From positions 1 to 30,148 of the forward strand of contig DATKFB010000113.1 in NCBI GenBank assembly GCA_035544435.1: a stretch of 30,148 bases of DNA. Reading direction: 5' to 3'. Shown here one piece after another: positions 25,748 through 30,148 of the stretch. The position numbers and the translations under genes were made by a program. A model generated the notes under the pieces. That model saw only the letters and a program-made list of their open reading frames with translations, searched no databases and was not told the origin of the DNA. Each line of letters opens with the position of its first letter. Position 1 is the first letter of the stretch. This stretch comes from Polyangia bacterium (GTDB lineage Bacteria > Myxococcota_A > Polyangia > Fen-1088).

Positions 25748-26410
25748 CTACACGCGCGAGTCGTCGTCGTCGTCGTCGAGACGCGAGCTTCCGCGCAAAA
25801 GGACGCTCGCGCCGCGATCGCGCAGGAACTCGAGGAACGCCAGAGCCGACGGCAGCTCGGCCGCCGGGATCTCGTCGAGGAGCTCGCGCGCTTGGCGCCG
25901 CAGGATCTCGCCCGGGGCCTCCCCTAAGATGAGCGTGCGCGGGATCTCCGCCGGCTCTGCCGGCTGCTCGACGTGACCCCAGGGCGGCGGATTCGCGACC
26001 TCGATCTTCATGTGATCGAGCCAGGTCTGAATGTGGAAGTGCAGCAGCTCCGAGCGATACGCGAACCAGCGCTCGCGCTCGGCCGGAAACGCCAGCAACA
26101 CATCCTTGAAGCGCCGGAACGCGCCCTTGCCGTCGATCGCTATGAGCAGGCGCTCGCGCAGGGGCGGATCGGACACCGAGCCGACGAAGCGCTCCATCCA
26201 GCGGTACTGCTCACGCGACGAGGCCGGGTCGACGCGCAGGTAACGCTCGGGCGTGTCCGAGACCTTGGTGCGGCGCGCGGCGGCGTCCGGCTCTCCGTCG
26301 GCGATCGACAGGAGGTCGCCGTTCTCCAGATCCAAAAAGCTCTCTTGATCCGGTGAGTTGCGTTCGAACGCGATCTCGAGATCGCTCCAGTTCACGGTAA
26401 TTGGTGGCAT
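25748..26410 (-). CDS. UPF0158 family protein
   Basis: DLEIAFE..SFLDLENG, SSREQYRWMERFV, LLIAIDGKGAFRRFKDVL, ERERWFAYR. Confidence 0.88.
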   Translation of the reverse strand: MPPITVNWSDLEIAFERNSPDQESFLDLENGDLLSIADGEPDAAARRTKVSDTPERYLRVDPASSREQYRWMERFVGSVSDPPLRERLLIAIDGKGAFRRFKDVLLAFPAERERWFAYRSELLHFHIQTWLDHMKIEVANPPPWGHVEQPAEPAEIPRTLILGEAPGEILRRQARELLDEIPAAELPSALAFLEFLRDRGASVLLRGSSRLDDDDDDSRV

Positions 26411-26569
26411 GACTACCCTTCTCCGAGCCCCTCCTCCCCAGAAGGCAGCGCGGCAATCTAGCTAGCGAAGGATTAGTCTAGGAGCGGCGAGCAGGCTTTG
26501 CAACCAGGAGCGTGCCCTGGGAGCCGGTGCCGATGTCGCGGTCGGACGGACCGACGGCGAGGGCGAGTT

Positions 26570-26599
26570 TTGACCGGCCGCCGCCGATTCGTCTAGACT
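26570..26599 (+). promoter_or_regulatory. Sigma70-like promoter for rpoZ
   Basis: TTGACC 26570-26575, 18-nt spacer, TAGACT 26594-26599. Confidence 0.5.
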
Positions 26600-26659
26600 G
26601 CGCCGCCGGCCGGCGGACCACGCGCGGCCGGCGCTCACGTCTCTCCCTCGGAGGTTCCC

Positions 26660-26929
26660 TTGGCACGCGTCACCGTCGAAGACTGTCTCGAGAAGGTCAC
26701 GAACCGCTTCGCGCTCGTCATCCTGGGCGCCGAGCGCGCGCGGCAGCTCGCCAACGGCGGTCGCGCGCTCGTCCGCTGCGCCAACAAGCCGGCGGTTACC
26801 GCGCTCCGCGAGATCGCCCAGGGACAAGTCCGCTACAACGAATCAGTGGAGACCACGGTGAACCAGTTCCTGGCCGAGAAGAAGGCCTACAACGAAACGA
26901 CGAAGCGCAAGCGCGGCCCGACGAACTAG
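26660..26929 (+). CDS. rpoZ: DNA-directed RNA polymerase subunit omega
   Basis: TTG start after [35 protein letters not shown]...[12 protein letters not shown]. Confidence 0.96.
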   Translation: MARVTVEDCLEKVTNRFALVILGAERARQLANGGRALVRCANKPAVTALREIAQGQVRYNESVETTVNQFLAEKKAYNETTKRKRGPTN

Positions 26930-28248
26930 GCTCGAATACAGACGGCGAGCTTGAGGTAGTTGCCCTCGGGGAACCCGGGCGCGACGGGAAAGTCGACGGG
27001 CATGGGTACGCGCTCGATGACGCGCAGGTCCGCGCCCGCGAGCGCGCCGCCCTCTCCGAGCGCGCGATCGAAGTCGAGCGCCGAGACCTTCGTCGAGTTC
27101 GTCGCGAAGACGAGCAGGCCCCCGGCCTCGAGCACCGAGAGGCACGTCGCCGCGAGCGCCGCCAGATCGCGCGCCACCGAAAACTGCCCTGCGGGCCCGT
27201 GCGAGAACGTCGGCGGGTCGCAGATGACGATGTCGAAGCGGCGACCGCGCGACGCGAGCTTCTCGACCGTCTTCGTCGTGTCGCCCGTGATGGCCTCGAG
27301 GCGCGCCGGATCGAGCCCCGAGAGCTCGTAGTTGCGGCGCGCGCGCGCGTGCGCCTTGGCCGCGAGATCGACGGCCACCACCTCGCTGGCGCCCGCCTTG
27401 GCAGCGTGCACGGAGAACGCGCCCGAATAGGAGAAGAGGTTCAGGACGCGTCGATCGGCGGCCCGCGCCGCGACGGCCGCCCATGCGAGTCGCATGTCGG
27501 GGAAGAGTCCCACGCCGAGAGGCGCCGTGACGTCGACGCCGAACTTACACGGCCCGGCGCCCGCGTCGCTCTCGACGACGAGCTCGAGCGGCGCCTCGTC
27601 GCCCCGCGCGCGCACGGCCGGCTCGGCCACGGCCTGGCCGCCGAGCGGGCGCAGGCGGCGCTGCTCGTAGATGCCTCGGGGCGCGAGCGCCTTCTCGATG
27701 GCGTCGTAGAGCTCGTCGCGCCAGCCGAGCGCGCCGGCCGACAGCCACTGCACGACGACGAAGTCGCCGTAGCGATCGACGGTGACGCCCGGCAAGCCCT
27801 CGCTCTCCCCCGTGAACACGCGCATGGCCGCCGGCCGGGCGGAGCCGAAGAGGAACCAGCGCAGCTGTACGGCGCGCGCGAAGCGGGCCGCGACGACGCC
27901 GTTGCCCGGCACGACGCGCTCGTCGGCGCGGCGCGCGAGGATGCGCACGGCGATCGGATGCTCGCGGTCGACGTAGCCCCGTCCGACGAACTCACGGTTC
28001 CCGGAAATCAAGTCGACGAGCGCGCCCGTCGGCTCCGACACGCCGCGCGGTCCGAGCGCGTCGCGGAATATCCACGGGTGCCCGGCGCGCACGCGCGTCG
28101 CGACGTCGGGCGACACGCGATACTCGGCGACGCGCCTTCCCACGCCCGCCGCGCCAACTGGGCGATGACGCGGAACGCCCTGGGTTCTCAGGCGTGTACC
28201 CGTCCCGACACGCGAGCCGGATCGGCGGTCCTGGTCGTCTCTTTTCAC
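26926..28248 (-). CDS. COG1092 (RlmI/RlmK-like) class I SAM-dependent rRNA methyltransferase
   Basis: GHPWIFRD (PUA-like), [53 protein letters not shown]. Start GTG 28248 is supported by the promoter; GTG 28143 is an alternative. Confidence 0.9.
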   Translation of the reverse strand: MKRDDQDRRSGSRVGTGTRLRTQGVPRHRPVGAAGVGRRVAEYRVSPDVATRVRAGHPWIFRDALGPRGVSEPTGALVDLISGNREFVGRGYVDREHPIAVRILARRADERVVPGNGVVAARFARAVQLRWFLFGSARPAAMRVFTGESEGLPGVTVDRYGDFVVVQWLSAGALGWRDELYDAIEKALAPRGIYEQRRLRPLGGQAVAEPAVRARGDEAPLELVVESDAGAGPCKFGVDVTAPLGVGLFPDMRLAWAAVAARAADRRVLNLFSYSGAFSVHAAKAGASEVVAVDLAAKAHARARRNYELSGLDPARLEAITGDTTKTVEKLASRGRRFDIVICDPPTFSHGPAGQFSVARDLAALAATCLSVLEAGGLLVFATNSTKVSALDFDRALGEGGALAGADLRVIERVPMPVDFPVAPGFPEGNYLKLAVCIRA

Positions 28249-28257
28249 GCCGGGCGG

Positions 28258-28286
28258 ACCATAGAGACCCGCCCGACCCGTGTCAA
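28258..28286 (-). promoter_or_regulatory. Near-consensus sigma70 promoter for the rRNA methyltransferase
   Basis: Minus strand TTGACA (28286-28281), 17-nt spacer, TATGGT (28263-28258), GTG 9 nt later. Confidence 0.7.
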
Positions 28287-28413
28287 AGGTCTTGCCGGCC
28301 CGCAGACGGAGTCCGTAAGTGAGGAGGGACGAAGCACCCGTGCTTTTTGGATTATTTGCGTCATGAGCTTGACATCGCCCCCGGAAAACGAGGAGGCTTC
28401 TCGGCCAAGGAGC

Positions 28414-30148
28414 GTGTCCGGTATGTCCACGAAACCTCCTTCCGGGACGGGATTGGCCGCGGTGGGGCCGGACCGAGAGGCCAGCGAGAATACTCTGTCG
28501 GGTGCGCCGTCCGATGCCTCGTCCAACGCTTCGTCCGCGCCAGCAGCCTCGACCGACTCCGAGCATTCGCATGACTCGATCGAGGATGCCATCGGGGACA
28601 TCCTGCTCGACGTCAGCGACAAACCGGCCCCGATCTCCTTGAGCCCCCTCACGCTTCCGGACCCTCTGTCCGTCGAGGCTTCGATCGAGACACCCGAGCC
28701 CATTGGCATCGAGACCCCGGAGCCCGTCGCCGCGCTGCCGACTCCCGGAGAGCCGCCCTCGAATGAGCCGCCTTCGATGAAGACCCCGGAACCGGAGGCC
28801 GTGTCGCTCTTCACGAAGACGCCGCCGCCCGTGACGAAGACGCCCATGCCGCTGTCGATCAAGACGCCCACGCCGATCCCGGCGCCGCTGCTCGCCGACG
28901 CTTCTTTCGCCGCTTCGTTCGACGCTTCGGCCATCGACCCCGCGGCGGCCGTGAAGACACCCCCGCCGGTCGCGGAGCGCGATCCGTCCAGCGCCCTGCC
29001 CTCGATCCCGCCCGCGAAGAAGGAGCCCTCGGGCGCATTTCCGCTGCCCGGAATGGCTCCGGAGGCGGCCAAGAGCTCGGACGAGGATGCGACGCTCATC
29101 GCGCGGTTGTCGTTGCTCGACGAGGTCGGCGACGAGTCCACGAAGGTCGAGCCCATCGAGACGGCGCTGCGGGCGGCGGCCAGCAAGGAGGAGCCGATCG
29201 CGCTCATCGACCAGGCGCTCGCCGAGCGCGGCAAGGCGCTGGGCGTTTCCCCCGAAGACCGGATCGCGGCGGCGGCGTTCGAGGTTCCCGAGAACGACGA
29301 CGAGCCCACGGTGAGCGCGACGCCCGGGATCATCTCGATCTCGGATGACGACGATGAGGACGAGACCACGGCTTCACAGCGGCCTCAGGGCGCGCGCAAG
29401 ACGCCGACGCCTACGACAGTCGGGCCGCACCTGCAAACGCCCCAGCCCCTGCTCGGCGGCGGGCAGCGCATCCCGACGCCCGTGCGTACGTCGCACCTTC
29501 CGGCGCCGGGCAGTGACTTTGCACCGGTTCCCACGCCGCTCGTCTCGCCCCCTTCGGTGTCGCATCGCTCGCTCACGCCGGCGTTGCCGATCTCGGCGCC
29601 CCAAGGCTTCCCGACGTCGGTGGGCGCTGCTCGTTCGGCGATCTTCAACAAGGTGCAGCTGCCGCTCGGCGGCCTCGTCGCATTCTTCGTCGCGATGTTC
29701 GGGCTCGGGTTGCTCTTTGGCGCGTGGCTCTGGCGCGGCCAGGGCCCGATCACCGCCGAGGCGCCCGCCCCCACGCCAACGTCGCCGTCCGCCGTGGCGA
29801 TGCCGCCTCGTGCTGCCGTGCCGCCTCCCGCTGTCGCGGCCGAACCGACCCCGGCGGCCGCGGCGCCCGCTGAGCCCAAGCCCCCGGAGCCGAGCCCAGC
29901 GCCCGCCCCGGAGAAGGCCGCCACCGTCGAACCGGTCCACGCGATGCCAGCGCCCGTCGTCGAAGCGCATCCGGCGCGTCGGGTCGCGATCGCTCGCCCG
30001 AAGCTCGCGATCCGTAAGCCGGCGACCGGCACGACGACGCCGACGGCCGGGACCGCGGTCGTCGCGCCGAAGCCGCCCGCCAAACCGGCCGCGGCGGCCG
30101 CGGTCAATCCACCCGCGAAACCGCTGACGGCGAGCGCATCGAAGCCCG
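28414..30148 (+). CDS. Long Pro/Ala/Thr-rich single-pass membrane protein, 3' end outside window
   Basis: GTG 28414 (or ATG 28423) after AAGGAG. No stop seen to the window end, which explains its absence from the track. One hydrophobic segment LGGLVAFFVAMFGLGLLFGAWLW at 29665-29733. Confidence 0.8.
   Translation, partial: MSGMSTKPPSGTGLAAVGPDREASENTLSGAPSDASSNASSAPAASTDSEHSHDSIEDAIGDILLDVSDKPAPISLSPLTLPDPLSVEASIETPEPIGIETPEPVAALPTPGEPPSNEPPSMKTPEPEAVSLFTKTPPPVTKTPMPLSIKTPTPIPAPLLADASFAASFDASAIDPAAAVKTPPPVAERDPSSALPSIPPAKKEPSGAFPLPGMAPEAAKSSDEDATLIARLSLLDEVGDESTKVEPIETALRAAASKEEPIALIDQALAERGKALGVSPEDRIAAAAFEVPENDDEPTVSATPGIISISDDDDEDETTASQRPQGARKTPTPTTVGPHLQTPQPLLGGGQRIPTPVRTSHLPAPGSDFAPVPTPLVSPPSVSHRSLTPALPISAPQGFPTSVGAARSAIFNKVQLPLGGLVAFFVAMFGLGLLFGAWLWRGQGPITAEAPAPTPTSPSAVAMPPRAAVPPPAVAAEPTPAAAAPAEPKPPEPSPAPAPEKAATVEPVHAMPAPVVEAHPARRVAIARPKLAIRKPATGTTTPTAGTAVVAPKPPAKPAAAAAVNPPAKPLTASASKP

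Noticed and set aside
26417-26445. CCTTCT/AGAAGG pairing that could hide the UPF0158 RBS
   Set aside because: Only a 6-bp stem with a 17-nt loop; too weak to support without conservation data.
28332-28374. AAGCAC-CC-GTGCTT palindrome and TTGACA 28369-28374 before the last ORF
   Set aside because: Two-nt loop, and no -10 element at a usable spacing; function unsupported.

Overview
GC-rich bacterial DNA, most likely Myxococcota (Polyangia-like). This is inferred from a MYXO-CTERM-like tail, many Gly/Thr-linker lipoproteins and the DUF1592/DUF1552 pair. Left end: the 3' part of an OmcA/MtrC-type multiheme cytochrome with an unusual nested beta-domain insertion, then a Pat-type acyl-CoA ligase/GNAT fusion. 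About 4.4-20 kb is accessory: a doubly frameshifted hicAB pair, seven predicted lipoproteins (CBM3, SMP-30/gluconolactonase, FGE-sulfatase, DUF1592-type, beta-helix-like, Cys-rich, GH71/99-like), a DUF1552 protein, a methyltransferase with CARNMT1/N2227-type motifs, an ArsR regulator and two gene remnants (vWA-associated, SRPBCC). About 20-24 kb holds a frameshifted Tat-exported PvdN-like PLP enzyme divergent from an M19 dipeptidase, a secreted tandem AhpD protein and DUF4242. The right end is core-like: TPR, panD, DUF429, UPF0158, rpoZ, a COG1092 rRNA methyltransferase lacking the RlmI catalytic Cys, and a long Pro-rich membrane protein running off the window. Several genes look leaderless. 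No rRNA, tRNA, CRISPR array, integrase or transposase was found. All family calls come from motif recognition by eye, not from database searches.
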